Source of the DNA: Methanomassiliicoccus sp. | Lineage (GTDB): Archaea > Thermoplasmatota > Thermoplasmata > Methanomassiliicoccales > UBA472 | Assembly (NCBI GenBank): GCA_004525545.1 | Contig: SPCU01000001.1 | Location: 3,468-67,467, forward strand | Reading direction: 5' to 3' | Length of the DNA: 64,000 nt | In this document: one piece after another, positions 8,707 to 18,361 of the stretch | Layout: the number at the start of each line of letters is the position of its first letter | How positions within the stretch are numbered: position 1 is the first letter of the stretch | Notes under the pieces: generated by a model | What the model saw: the letters and a program-made list of their open reading frames with translations, nothing else | Told to the model about the DNA's origin: nothing | Database searches by the model: none | Position numbers and translations under genes: made by a program

Positions 8707-9476
8707 GGATCAAGTGCCGCACGATATTCAAAGGAAAGGCCATCGGTCGAATTCTGATGATCGATGAACCGTTCAGCTTCCTGGGTGGCGTGGATCCCCG
8801 CAGTGGTCTCCTGACGGTGGCTTCCGGAAGGGAGGGGGAGAACGTGGAAGGAAGGATACTGGCATTCCCCTATGGAAAGGGGTCAACGGTCGGTTCCTAC
8901 ACTATCTTGGACCTAAAGAAGAACAAACACATGCCCGCGGCGATAATCAACGCCAAAGCGGAGACCATCGTGGCCACCGGGGCGGTCATGGCAGGTCTGC
9001 CCATGGTGGATTCATTGGACCTTTCCACCCTAAGGGACGGAGATAGGGTCCTGATCGACGACGGCACCCTGGATCTGATCGATGTCCAAGAGAAACGGGT
9101 GGTCACGTGCATATTACGTAGGAAAGGTAAGATGCTCATCCTCAAACGTAGTCAGAAAGTGGGGACGAACAAGGGGAAATGGGCAGGGGTCAGCGGTTAT
9201 ATTGAGAGGGGTGAGAAGCCTGAGGAGACCGCCCTGAAGGAGGTTTCCGAAGAGACGGGCATCACCACCGCCCGCTTGGAAGGAAGGGGTGAGATGCTGC
9301 GCATCAGGGACGGAAATAACGTTTGGAACGTGTATCCCTTCCTCTTCGAAGTGGGCGACGAAAGCGTGGTCCTGGACTGGGAGCATGTCGAATCGACATG
9401 GATCGAACTGGATGAGTTGTCGAATTACGACACCGTGCCCGGTTTCATGATGGTACTAAAGACACTTGGCCTATAG
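8703..9476 (+). CDS. fusion protein: AcnX swivel/small subunit (DUF126) + Nudix hydrolase domain
   Basis: The N-terminal half (GRILMIDEPFSFLGGVDPRSG...GRILAFPYGKGSTVGSY) is DUF126. The C-terminal half carries a Nudix box, GYIERGEKPEETALKEVSEETGI. The ATG at 8703 overlaps the upstream stop (ATGA). Confidence 0.8.
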   Translation: MRIKCRTIFKGKAIGRILMIDEPFSFLGGVDPRSGLLTVASGREGENVEGRILAFPYGKGSTVGSYTILDLKKNKHMPAAIINAKAETIVATGAVMAGLPMVDSLDLSTLRDGDRVLIDDGTLDLIDVQEKRVVTCILRRKGKMLILKRSQKVGTNKGKWAGVSGYIERGEKPEETALKEVSEETGITTARLEGRGEMLRIRDGNNVWNVYPFLFEVGDESVVLDWEHVESTWIELDELSNYDTVPGFMMVLKTLGL

Positions 9477-12400
9477 AGCGCTGTCCACTTCCTTCTCCAG
9501 CAGGGTCAACTCGTTAGCATCCAGTGTGGAAGGGTTCAACACCATCAGCATGATGGAATTGTTGATCGCCACCTGGTCCCTAAGGGATTGTACGAAGCGC
9601 AGCACGGTTAGGAAGTTGTTGTTGGTGATCAAATATTCCAGACCGTCCAGCAATACCACTCCTTTCTCCTTGTTAAGGAACTGCTCCAGTGAATAGCTCA
9701 ACTTTTCCAGGTCCTTTGGACGCAGACTGTCCTCCTTGCCCACGTTGCTCAGCCAAATGATCGGCGTATCGTTCATTTCGTATTTGCTGCGTATCTTCAG
9801 TGGATAGTTGCGAGTAACGCAGAACCCTTTGGTACCCTTGTTCAACTGCTCTATGAACAGTTGATATGAGCGGTCCGAGCGGTCATCCTTGATGAGATAG
9901 CTGTAACCACCCTGCAACCCCTGCACCTTAGAATCGATCTCTGCCTCATCTTCGACCTCCGACAATAGCGAGGTGCCGCAAGATGGACATTTCAGGTCCC
10001 CAGCGGTAACTTCCCTTTTACAATTGGAGCATATGGTACAGCGTTCGAAACCGCCATCGTTGATGTATTTGATGATCTCATCTATGGTCTTGCTTCCCAA
10101 TCCTGGAACGGATTTGAACTCGTTCCGGTCGGCATTTTGCAGTTTCTCAATGGAATCGTATCCAGCGTCATAGAGCATCTCCGCTTTCAGCTCGTTCATG
10201 CGGGGAATGCGAAGGAGGTAAGGTATGATGTCCGCCTTCTCCATCGATTTTCCCAACGATGCCGGAACGGTCTTGTTCATCTCTGGCGTACGATCGAAGT
10301 AATGCAGTACCTTGCGCACATCGGCCTTGCTCATGTTGGTGCATTCCTCGATCTGCTCCTCGCTCATCAACTTGAGGTCTGTGGCGCTTCGGACACCTGC
10401 CCCAACCAAAGCCTCCGCGATCTTAGTGGTGATGGCAGGGATATCGGCCAGCTCTTTGATGGAATCCTTCAGGTTCATGGAAGTGACGCCGATCTCCACA
10501 TTTTCGCCCTCGATCTTCCATTTGGTGACTATCTCGCCTTGAGGTTCCAGCACAAGTTCCATGGATTTAGAGCGAACCTCGCTCATGATGTGGGTCTTCC
10601 ACATTTTCAGAAACTCGCTCACCTTAGCCTCGGCGCTGATCTCCACCTTGACGAACTCCTCTACATCAAGTTTCATTTCCTTGCGGGTCTGCTGTATCCG
10701 CCTGGTGATCTCACGCGAAAAGCCCTCGGCCTCTATCTCACGGGTGATCTCGAAGTCGAGGTACAGCTCACCGGCACTAAAGCTGGTGGCGTAGACATCT
10801 TTGGGTAGTGATATGGTGAACGAGACCATGTTTGGCTCGATCTTGACCAACTGACCTTCTATGCCCAATGAGTACTCTCCACGTTGCATGCTCTCCTTGA
10901 TGAGGTTGGCCGGCCGGCTCTGCAGCAGGACGGCGATCTTGGAAGCCCATTGCCGATAGACCTTTCCAATGGCTAGAGGGTTCGGTACCACGTTGAGCAC
11001 CGTCTCCGCCCATTCCTCGCCCGGAGACACATACTCAACCTGTTTGACATTGGTCTGAGAACGTAGGATGTCTTCCATGGAGCGTAGGGCCATGAGCGTG
11101 TCGTTGTTCTCCACCTTAATTACGATCCTCTTCATGGGCCAGCGCAACTTCACGTTCTTGAGCTGACGTTCCTTGGTCACGGTCTCCACTATCTCTTGGA
11201 CCAGAGACATGGCCTTTTCCAACCTTTCGTCAACTCTAGTTAGGTCGCTAGATGGCCAGTCCATCATGTGCACGGTAATCTTTTCCCCGTCCAAGTGTCG
11301 GTAGACCTCCTCCGTCAGGTGCGGGCATATCGGCGCCATCAGTAATGCCGTGTCCATGATGGCATCGTACAAGGTACGGTAGGCTGCCAGCTTTCCGGAA
11401 TCGCCTTCCTCGTCCCACATACGATCGCGGATCAACCTCACGTACCAGCGGGAAAGGTCCTCCAGTATGTAATTTTCGATGGCCCTTCCAGCCTTATGCA
11501 GCTCCAAGGCATTGATCTGACGGGTGACCTCGTTCTTCAGTTTCTCCGTCATGGATATAAGCCAGATATCCTCCTGTTGCAGATGTGGCCTCACTCCTTC
11601 GCGGGTCACCTTTGTTGGATCGAACTTATCTATGGCCATATAGGTCGTGGCGAAGTTCACCACGTTCCAGAAGACGTTCAATGTCTTCCGGGCGTTCTTC
11701 ACCCCTTCCATCTGGAACGGTATATCCTCCCAGGGGGCGGATGTCTTGATGAGATAGAAGCGCAGGGCGTCGGCACCATATTCCTTGATGACCTTCCCTG
11801 GTTCCACGACATTGCCTTTGCTCTTTGACATCGGCTGTCCATGGCTATCAAGCATCCAGCCATGCATGAGCACCGATTCATAAGGAGCACGCCCGAAGGC
11901 GATTATACCTGCAGCAAGCTGAGAATAGAACCAGCCGCGAGTCTGGTCGTGGGCCTCCACTATGAATTTGGCAGGCCACAAACGCTCGAATGCTTCCCTC
12001 TTTTTGGGAAATCCCAATTGGGCCCAGGAAGCCACCGCGGAGTCGAACCAAACGTCAAGGACATCAGGTATTCGGGACATCTGCTCACCGCACTTGGGGC
12101 AAGGCAGCTTCACTTGGTCGATCCAAGGCCGGTGCAGTTCCATGTCTGGATGATATCCTTCCGCACCCTGCAGCTCATCGGTCAAACCGACGACCTTGAT
12201 CTCACCGCAGTCGCAGGTCCAGATGGGAATGGGTATTCCCCAGTACCTCTGTCGAGATATGCACCAGTCCCGAGCGTTCATGGTCCAGTCGTACTCTCGG
12301 GAGGAGCCGGCCCAATCCGGGGTCCATCGTACCTTCTCGATCTCTTCGAGCATCTGGTTCTTGACCTGAGTTATCCGTAGGAACCACTGATCGGTGGTTC

Positions 12401-13646
12401 GGAAGATGATCGGTGAATTACAACGCCAACAATGCCCGAAACGGTGCTCTATGACCCCGTTGAAGAACAGACGGTCCTTGGCCTCCAGGTCCTTTATCAG
12501 TTCCGGGTTGGCCTTCTTAATATGCATGCCTATATACTTATGTCCGACCAGTTGTGTGAAAAGGCCGGCTTCGTCGACCGGGCAGAACGGTTCCAGGCCA
12601 AACTCCTTTCCTAAATCGAAATCCTCCGGACCGTGGCCCGGGGCGATATGGACCAGCCCCGTGTTTGAAGCTTCTACCGTCTTGGAGGGGATCACCCTGT
12701 GCAACCATTTCCCGGAGGCGGTCGATTGGTAAGGGACCTCGTCTATGAATGGCGTTACATATTCCATTCCTACAAGGTCGTCACCTTGGATCTCCTGCAG
12801 CACCTCGTACTTCTCCCATCCACCCAGACCCTTGATCTCTTCCTCTAATCCCTTAAGGATGATGACCGTGTCCGTTTCTCCTATCCTCCGGTAACGTACT
12901 TTGATATAATCGAAATCGGGGTGGGCGGCAACAGCCAAGTTAGCTGGCAAGGTCCAAGGAGTGGTCGTCCAGATCAGCAATGAGACCTTGGGGTCGTCCT
13001 TGAGCTTGAACTTGACGTAGATGGAAGGGTCCTTCTCATCTGAATAATTGATCTCGGCCTCGGCCAGAGCGGTCTCGCATCGAGGACAGCCAGGAAGCAC
13101 CCTGTTAGCCTTTACCAGCAGACCTTTGTCGAATGCCCTCTTCAATGTCCACCAGGCCGCTTCGATATAACCGGGGCTGATGGTCAGATAAGGATTATCC
13201 CAGTCGAACCATACGCCCAGTTCTTTAAAGTCCTTGTTCATTTTCTTTTGGAAGTCCAGGGCAAAGCTCTTGCATGTTCCGACGAAGCGGTCTATACCGT
13301 ACTCTTCGATCTCCTTCTTGTTCTTGACACCAATGGACTTCTCCACCTTGACCTCGATGGGCAGTCCATGCATGTCGTATCCCGGAGTGTCGGTGACATT
13401 GAACTTCTGCATCCGCTTGAACCTGACCATAATGTCCTTGATGGTCTTGTTCATCGCCGTACCGAGGTGAATATACCCGGTAGTGTACGGTGGACCGTCC
13501 ACAAAATAGAAGTCCGGCCCTTTGGCCCGAGATTCCTTGGTCTTCCTGTAAGAGTCGGTCTCGGCCCAATAGGCCTGTACCGCGATCTCCAGCTCACTTG
13601 GGTTATAGCTACCTTGGACCTGCTTTATCATCGCCGTCCCTACCAC
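9471..13646 (-). CDS. ileS: isoleucine--tRNA ligase with a roughly 335-aa C-terminal extension (HhH repeats, zinc ribbon, DUF835-like domain)
   Basis: Class I aaRS motifs PPYTTGYIHLGT and PMSKSKGN, an editing domain and a zinc-binding CPRC. The canonical body of about 1056 aa is followed without a stop by HhH-like repeats, CTICSNC...CPSCG and a DUF835-like tail. Confidence 0.95.
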   Translation of the reverse strand: MVGTAMIKQVQGSYNPSELEIAVQAYWAETDSYRKTKESRAKGPDFYFVDGPPYTTGYIHLGTAMNKTIKDIMVRFKRMQKFNVTDTPGYDMHGLPIEVKVEKSIGVKNKKEIEEYGIDRFVGTCKSFALDFQKKMNKDFKELGVWFDWDNPYLTISPGYIEAAWWTLKRAFDKGLLVKANRVLPGCPRCETALAEAEINYSDEKDPSIYVKFKLKDDPKVSLLIWTTTPWTLPANLAVAAHPDFDYIKVRYRRIGETDTVIILKGLEEEIKGLGGWEKYEVLQEIQGDDLVGMEYVTPFIDEVPYQSTASGKWLHRVIPSKTVEASNTGLVHIAPGHGPEDFDLGKEFGLEPFCPVDEAGLFTQLVGHKYIGMHIKKANPELIKDLEAKDRLFFNGVIEHRFGHCWRCNSPIIFRTTDQWFLRITQVKNQMLEEIEKVRWTPDWAGSSREYDWTMNARDWCISRQRYWGIPIPIWTCDCGEIKVVGLTDELQGAEGYHPDMELHRPWIDQVKLPCPKCGEQMSRIPDVLDVWFDSAVASWAQLGFPKKREAFERLWPAKFIVEAHDQTRGWFYSQLAAGIIAFGRAPYESVLMHGWMLDSHGQPMSKSKGNVVEPGKVIKEYGADALRFYLIKTSAPWEDIPFQMEGVKNARKTLNVFWNVVNFATTYMAIDKFDPTKVTREGVRPHLQQEDIWLISMTEKLKNEVTRQINALELHKAGRAIENYILEDLSRWYVRLIRDRMWDEEGDSGKLAAYRTLYDAIMDTALLMAPICPHLTEEVYRHLDGEKITVHMMDWPSSDLTRVDERLEKAMSLVQEIVETVTKERQLKNVKLRWPMKRIVIKVENNDTLMALRSMEDILRSQTNVKQVEYVSPGEEWAETVLNVVPNPLAIGKVYRQWASKIAVLLQSRPANLIKESMQRGEYSLGIEGQLVKIEPNMVSFTISLPKDVYATSFSAGELYLDFEITREIEAEGFSREITRRIQQTRKEMKLDVEEFVKVEISAEAKVSEFLKMWKTHIMSEVRSKSMELVLEPQGEIVTKWKIEGENVEIGVTSMNLKDSIKELADIPAITTKIAEALVGAGVRSATDLKLMSEEQIEECTNMSKADVRKVLHYFDRTPEMNKTVPASLGKSMEKADIIPYLLRIPRMNELKAEMLYDAGYDSIEKLQNADRNEFKSVPGLGSKTIDEIIKYINDGGFERCTICSNCKREVTAGDLKCPSCGTSLLSEVEDEAEIDSKVQGLQGGYSYLIKDDRSDRSYQLFIEQLNKGTKGFCVTRNYPLKIRSKYEMNDTPIIWLSNVGKEDSLRPKDLEKLSYSLEQFLNKEKGVVLLDGLEYLITNNNFLTVLRFVQSLRDQVAINNSIMLMVLNPSTLDANELTLLEKEVDSAL

Positions 13647-13721
13647 CCCTTATCTAATGTCAACCTTTTAAAGGTCTTGGTCCTGGCTACCATTTGAAAT
13701 ACAAAAACATGTATAAATTGA

Positions 13722-14732
13722 TCAGAACATGTCCAAACGCCGCTGGTTCTTCTTACCGGAGGAGAACTTTTCCAAAGCGGACGCGACGCGCTTCTCGGTG
13801 AAACCGTACTCTCCGCAAAGCATTTCCCTGACCTTCTCGTGATCAGGTGCTTCCCACCGCAGTCGATAATCATCGGTACGTTCGAAGTTCAGGAAGATCG
13901 ACTCCACTTGATCGAGATCGTGTTCGTCCAAGCCAAGGGCCCTGAGCGCCGAAGAAAGGTCATGGTGCTCCTTGATCAACTTGAGGGCTTTCTTCGGCCC
14001 TATACCCATGACCCCCGGATTGAAGTCCGTTCCAACAAGTAGGCAGAGGTCTACCAATTGCCGAGCGTCGATGCCCAGGTTCAGCAGTGTTTCCTCCTGG
14101 TCGATGAGCTGGGTGCGTACCTCACGGTACTCGTTACGGCCAGGCATCTTCCTTCGTCCGGAGAGGGTTAGGTTCCGCACCAGACGCGGAGTTCCGAACA
14201 GCAGGGAGTCGAAGTCCTGAGAGGCCGATGCCCATACGTCCCCTTTAGCGCACATGTACGCTGCTTGGGCCTCGCCCTCTTCCGGTGCCTGGATCACCGG
14301 TATGCCAAGATGTGTGAGCAATATGCGTGATGATTGCACTATCTCGTTGGTGATACGGGATGATTGCGTAGCTTTGGAGTATGCTTTTCGTACATCCCCC
14401 TCGGCCTTTGCTAGTTCCCATTCCTTCTTGGCCGATTCCCGTCTCTCTCTCCTTTCCTTGATGGTCGCTTCCTTTTTTTCCGGAGAGATGCCATCGAAGA
14501 CGTAAGCCGGAAGAACCCCCATCTCCACTAGGTTGGCATTCCGGTTCAACAACCCCTCCAAGTGAGAGGTGACGCGGCCGCGGGGGTCCATCAGGGGAGT
14601 GCCGTCAGGCTGCCTTATCACCGAAAGGAATTGATAGATGGCATTGTAAGCGTCAATGGCGACGGAACGTCCCATCAGGTCCCTTGGTTCAATGTCCTTG
14701 GCGATGACTAGGTCTGAAAGGTTGACTCCCAT
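13722..14732 (-). CDS. fen: flap endonuclease 1
   Basis: MGVNLSDLV...AIDAYNAIYQFLS...PAYVFDG, an XPG N/I domain layout and an HhH region. The ATG at 14732 is preferred over the longer ORF-track start. Confidence 0.9.
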   Translation of the reverse strand: MGVNLSDLVIAKDIEPRDLMGRSVAIDAYNAIYQFLSVIRQPDGTPLMDPRGRVTSHLEGLLNRNANLVEMGVLPAYVFDGISPEKKEATIKERRERRESAKKEWELAKAEGDVRKAYSKATQSSRITNEIVQSSRILLTHLGIPVIQAPEEGEAQAAYMCAKGDVWASASQDFDSLLFGTPRLVRNLTLSGRRKMPGRNEYREVRTQLIDQEETLLNLGIDARQLVDLCLLVGTDFNPGVMGIGPKKALKLIKEHHDLSSALRALGLDEHDLDQVESIFLNFERTDDYRLRWEAPDHEKVREMLCGEYGFTEKRVASALEKFSSGKKNQRRLDMF

Positions 14733-14795
14733 GTTCCCGGTGATGTTATGACACCCGGCCATAAAGTTATTGTCCAAGGCACCAATCGATACATC

Positions 14796-15005
14796 ATGCG
14801 GGACGAGCACGTTTCTGCCGGAAAAAGACCGGTGGAGGAGGGTCAGGTCTATGATGTCACCATCACAGATATCGGTGAGAGAGGTGACGGCATAGGCAAG
14901 ATCGAAGGATTGGTCATCATCATCCCGGACACCACTCCCGGTGAGACGGTGAAGGTGCGCATAACCCGTTTGGAGAGAAAAGTGGCCTTCGGACGAAAGG
15001 TTTGA
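14796..15005 (+). CDS. TRAM domain protein
   Basis: PVEEGQVYDVTITDIGERGDGIGKIEGLVIIIPDTTPGETVKVRITRLERKVAFG is a typical stand-alone archaeal TRAM domain. The start at ATG 14796 avoids overlap with the fen start. Confidence 0.65.
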   Translation: MRDEHVSAGKRPVEEGQVYDVTITDIGERGDGIGKIEGLVIIIPDTTPGETVKVRITRLERKVAFGRKV

Positions 15006-15179
15006 TCAACCTTCGGCCTTGGGCAGATACAACATCATTAGGCCAACACCCATCCATAGGATGGCCAGCATAATGACCCAGATGTTGGGGGCCACGATCA
15101 GGGCGGCAAAGAGGATGAGCAGCGGGACCATGACGGTCAAGAATAAGACCATCTGCTTATCGGATATCTTCAGCAACAT
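15006..15179 (-). CDS. small hypothetical 2-TM membrane protein (57 aa; below the ORF-track cut-off)
   Basis: My own translation of the reverse strand gives MLLKISDKQMVLFLTVMVPLLILFAALIVAPNIWVIMLAILWMGVGLMMLYLPKAEG, with two clear hydrophobic helices. The overlapping + strand 63-aa ORF does not look protein-like. Confidence 0.35.
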   Translation of the reverse strand: MLLKISDKQMVLFLTVMVPLLILFAALIVAPNIWVIMLAILWMGVGLMMLYLPKAEG

Positions 15180-15222
15180 AGCAACTCCGCAATACCGCCC
15201 CTCGATATGAAGTTAACTGAGC

Positions 15223-15633
15223 TTAGTCCACATCCTTTTTCTTGTTTACGAACTTGATGCCTGCCCAATCATCGTCCAGAGCTGATATCTTGACCTCGGC
15301 CATACCATGGCCGGTGCCAACTTCCCTTACGGTCAGGCCGACGATGTCCGACTCGATCTTGGATGAAGTGCGTGGATATGAGATCCAGAAGATACCTTCC
15401 CTCTTCAGACTCCGCATGAGTTTGGGGAACTCCCTTCTCAATTCATCCTCGGAGGAGGTGAACAATTGGACGAAATCAAGATCAGTTTCGCTACCGTTAA
15501 CTTCAACAACATTCTTTGGTAAGCGGCCCAATGCCAGATCGTACTTCAAAGGGGGATTGATTATACGAATTCTTTGTCCCTCTTTAATGCCTAGCTTAGC
15601 CACCAATGATTTTTTAGAGCCTATTCGTGCCAT
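15223..15633 (-). CDS. DUF3052-like protein
   Basis: VAKLGIKEGQRIRIINPP...DFVQLFTSS...GIFWISYPRTSSKIESDI...DDDWAGIKF resembles DUF3052. The ATG at 15633 is preferred, because the longer ORF overlaps rpe. Confidence 0.55.
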   Translation of the reverse strand: MARIGSKKSLVAKLGIKEGQRIRIINPPLKYDLALGRLPKNVVEVNGSETDLDFVQLFTSSEDELRREFPKLMRSLKREGIFWISYPRTSSKIESDIVGLTVREVGTGHGMAEVKISALDDDWAGIKFVNKKKDVD

Positions 15634-15739
15634 GAGTAGATCATTCTCACGATGTACATGGACCCTATCGTTTAAATACGACAAGGTTCGCCCTAGATTC
15701 GGGTTCTCCGTTATTATACTTGCTATTGCCCCGATGACA

Positions 15740-16387
15740 TTAAAAACCGTGCCAAAGTGCGATCTCCGCTGACATATCCGCGGATTTAAATAGGGATGAA
15801 CCTGCAGCCAGTACCGTCGCTCCGGCCTTCGCGCACTGTAAACCGGTGCTCCGGTTGATGCCGCCATCGATCTCGATCTCAAAATTCAGCCCGTTCTTCT
15901 TCCGATGTTCGCTCGCCTTGGAAATTTTAGGCAGTATCTCAGGTTTGAAGGACTGACCACCGAAACCGGGCTGTACGGTCATGATCAGTAATAGATCGAT
16001 ATCCCCTAAGAACGGTTCCACAAGGGAAAGATCGGTGCCTGGATTAAGAGAGATGCCGGGCTTTCTGCCAAGGCGCCTTATCTCGTTCAACGTCTTTTCC
16101 ATGTCCTCAGTGGCCTCAACGTGCACCGTTATGTAGTCCGCCCCGCTTTCAGCGAACTGCTTCAGGTATCGCTCAGGACGCTCGATCATAAGATGCACAT
16201 CGAAGGGGATGGTGGCATGGGGTCGTAAGGCCTTGATCACGTCGGGACCGATGGTCAGATTAGGAACGAACATACCGTCCATCACATCCACATGCACCCA
16301 ATCCGCCCCAGCTCGTTGCAATCGGTGCACCTCCTCTCCTAAACGGGAGAAGTCCGCGGACAGTATCGATGGAGCTACCTTGACCAT
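15740..16387 (-). CDS. rpe: ribulose-phosphate 3-epimerase
   Basis: MVKVAPSILSADFSRLGEEV...HVDVMDGMFVPN...FDVHLM...MTVQPGFGGQSF are canonical Rpe motifs. Confidence 0.9.
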   Translation of the reverse strand: MVKVAPSILSADFSRLGEEVHRLQRAGADWVHVDVMDGMFVPNLTIGPDVIKALRPHATIPFDVHLMIERPERYLKQFAESGADYITVHVEATEDMEKTLNEIRRLGRKPGISLNPGTDLSLVEPFLGDIDLLLIMTVQPGFGGQSFKPEILPKISKASEHRKKNGLNFEIEIDGGINRSTGLQCAKAGATVLAAGSSLFKSADMSAEIALWHGF

Positions 16388-16485
16388 TTTAAGAACCTCA
16401 GACGAACGTTCCAGAGATGTCCGGTGGGGTAAAAATACTTTGGATGGGGAGAAGAAAGACCTGCCCACCTATCAAGAGCGCCTGT

Positions 16486-16929
16486 TCAGGGGACAAGGAG
16501 CAGTGGTATCTTGATGTTCTGACTGACCTGACCCGCAACTCCCCCTAATGAGATGTAAGGGGCGGCAGAAGAACCTTTGCGGCCCATGATAACCAGGTCA
16601 TGGCGCGATGAGGCGGTCAATATCACCTCCGGGGGGTTTCCCTTCATTGTGCTGAGACAATATCGGCCGCCTGATTCCTCGATCAAGGAGATCGCCGCAT
16701 TCGATTTCGCTTTGGCGATGCCGTCAATGTCACAGGCCGGTGCGGTCTTCTCCATGAAATAATCGCAATCCATGGGGGTGACCACCACCAACAAGGTCAG
16801 ATAAGCGTCCAAGGGCACAAAAATGTCACGAGCCAGTTCCACAGCTCTCAAGGAGTTTTCGGAACCGTCCACGCAGACCAAGATTTTCAGGCGATCGTTC
16901 ATGTCTTCATTATTGGATGAGGAACGCAT
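16486..16929 (-). CDS. universal stress protein (UspA family)
   Basis: ILVCVDGSENSLRAVELA...HDLVIMGRKGSS...LGGVAGQVSQNIKIPLLLV is the typical Usp fold signature. Confidence 0.8.
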   Translation of the reverse strand: MRSSSNNEDMNDRLKILVCVDGSENSLRAVELARDIFVPLDAYLTLLVVVTPMDCDYFMEKTAPACDIDGIAKAKSNAAISLIEESGGRYCLSTMKGNPPEVILTASSRHDLVIMGRKGSSAAPYISLGGVAGQVSQNIKIPLLLVP

Positions 16930-16984
16930 AAGGATATCCCCGTAGAGGCAATCCTATTATATTGGCCATGGAGGTTCCAGGTAC

Positions 16985-17200
16985 ATGGCGGAAGCTCGTC
17001 ACGCTATCAAGCAACACAAGACCTGCGACATAAAGGGCTGCGAGGCTGAATCGGAGCGCTCCATTTCAGGGAACGCAGCCGAAGAGGTCAAGCTCAAAGT
17101 GGATGAAGGTCTAAAAAGGGTGCATCTGTGCAAGGAGCATTACCGGGAATTCAAAAAGCTGGCAAAGAAGGACCGCCAACTAGAGGCGCTTGGCCGTTGA
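16985..17200 (+). CDS. small hypothetical protein with possible Cys/His metal site
   Basis: 71 aa with CDIKGC ... HLCKEH and a basic C-terminus. No family recognised. Confidence 0.4.
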   Translation: MAEARHAIKQHKTCDIKGCEAESERSISGNAAEEVKLKVDEGLKRVHLCKEHYREFKKLAKKDRQLEALGR

Positions 17201-17239
17201 TGAATAAAAAATGATTTCTCCGAGGGAGTCACCCATGGC

Positions 17240-18361
17240 ATGAAGGCCGGCTATATCCAGGTGATGTCGAGCGCCGGGCTTTCCGGTGCCGCCTTACTGA
17301 TCCCCAATATGCTCAGGGACGACCTGGGCGCGAACACCATGGAGATCGGTGTCATCACCGCCTCCTTCAGCATGGCACTTTTCATTTCGTCTTATATTTT
17401 CGGACGCGCCTCGGACGTGCATGGACGGCGCCTGTACCTTCAGGCCGGACTGGCCCTGACCTGCATCTCACTGTTCCTTTTGGTCTTCGTCAACAGCATC
17501 GAGACGCTGGCGGTAGTACGGATCATGGTCGGCCTATGTGCCGGTATCTATCCATCCGCATTGTTGGCGCATGTTTTCGAATCAGAAGGAAAGGTGGGTC
17601 GTTTCACCGCCTTTGGTAGCCTGGGTTTCGGTGTGGGTACGTTCGTGGCCGGTTTCGTGGGCATCTATTACCAGATATTCTTGATCAGTTCATTGATGCT
17701 CCTGGTGGCCTACATCATCTCCTTGCGCCTATCCTTCGGTGAAGAGAAGGTGCATAAGGTGCCGTTCTTCCCCGTTGCGATAATGAAACACAATTTCCCG
17801 GTGTACCTCTCGGTCATGTTCCGTCACACCGGTGCCAACATGATATGGGTCGTCTATCCGATCTTCCTGGCCGACCTGGGGGCAAGCATGCTGTTCATTG
17901 GCCTCATCTATGGGATCAATGCCACAGGGCAGTTCATCTTGATGCGCTTCATAGACCGGTTCAACGCAAGACATCTTGTCATGGCCGGGTTCCTGATATC
18001 GGTCATTACCTTTCCATCATTCACTTTGGTCACCCGGCCCGAGGAGATCATACCTATGCAGGTTTCCATCGCTGCGTCCTGGTCCTGTCTCTACGTCGGT
18101 TCCATCAAATATCTGATGGAGAGGAACGATGAAAAAGGCACCACCGCGGGTCTGCTGCAGTCCTCCCTGAGCATATCAGCCATCATGGGCGCTTTGTTCG
18201 GAGGGGTGACCGTGTTCACCTTGGGTTACCATGGTTCAATGTACATAGCCACCGGTCTGGCGGCTGTCGGGTTCCTTGTGTTCGTCCTCGGCAATCGATT
18301 CTTGACCCGGCGGGAGAAAATAGTTTTAGGTGGCAAAGGGGATGAGGGAACATGGACCTAA
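17240..18361 (+). CDS. MFS transporter
   Basis: About 12 predicted TM helices and the motif GRASDVHGRR between TM2 and TM3, typical of MFS. Confidence 0.8.
   Translation: MKAGYIQVMSSAGLSGAALLIPNMLRDDLGANTMEIGVITASFSMALFISSYIFGRASDVHGRRLYLQAGLALTCISLFLLVFVNSIETLAVVRIMVGLCAGIYPSALLAHVFESEGKVGRFTAFGSLGFGVGTFVAGFVGIYYQIFLISSLMLLVAYIISLRLSFGEEKVHKVPFFPVAIMKHNFPVYLSVMFRHTGANMIWVVYPIFLADLGASMLFIGLIYGINATGQFILMRFIDRFNARHLVMAGFLISVITFPSFTLVTRPEEIIPMQVSIAASWSCLYVGSIKYLMERNDEKGTTAGLLQSSLSISAIMGALFGGVTVFTLGYHGSMYIATGLAAVGFLVFVLGNRFLTRREKIVLGGKGDEGTWT

Noticed and set aside
9973-13697. Many plus-strand ORFs (up to 223 aa) inside ileS
   Set aside because: All are antisense to an unambiguous 1391-aa aaRS frame, with no motifs and biased composition.
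15634-15882. N-terminal extension of the DUF3052-like ORF overlapping the rpe 3' end
   Set aside because: The internal ATG at 15633 gives a protein of typical length and removes the 140-nt overlap.
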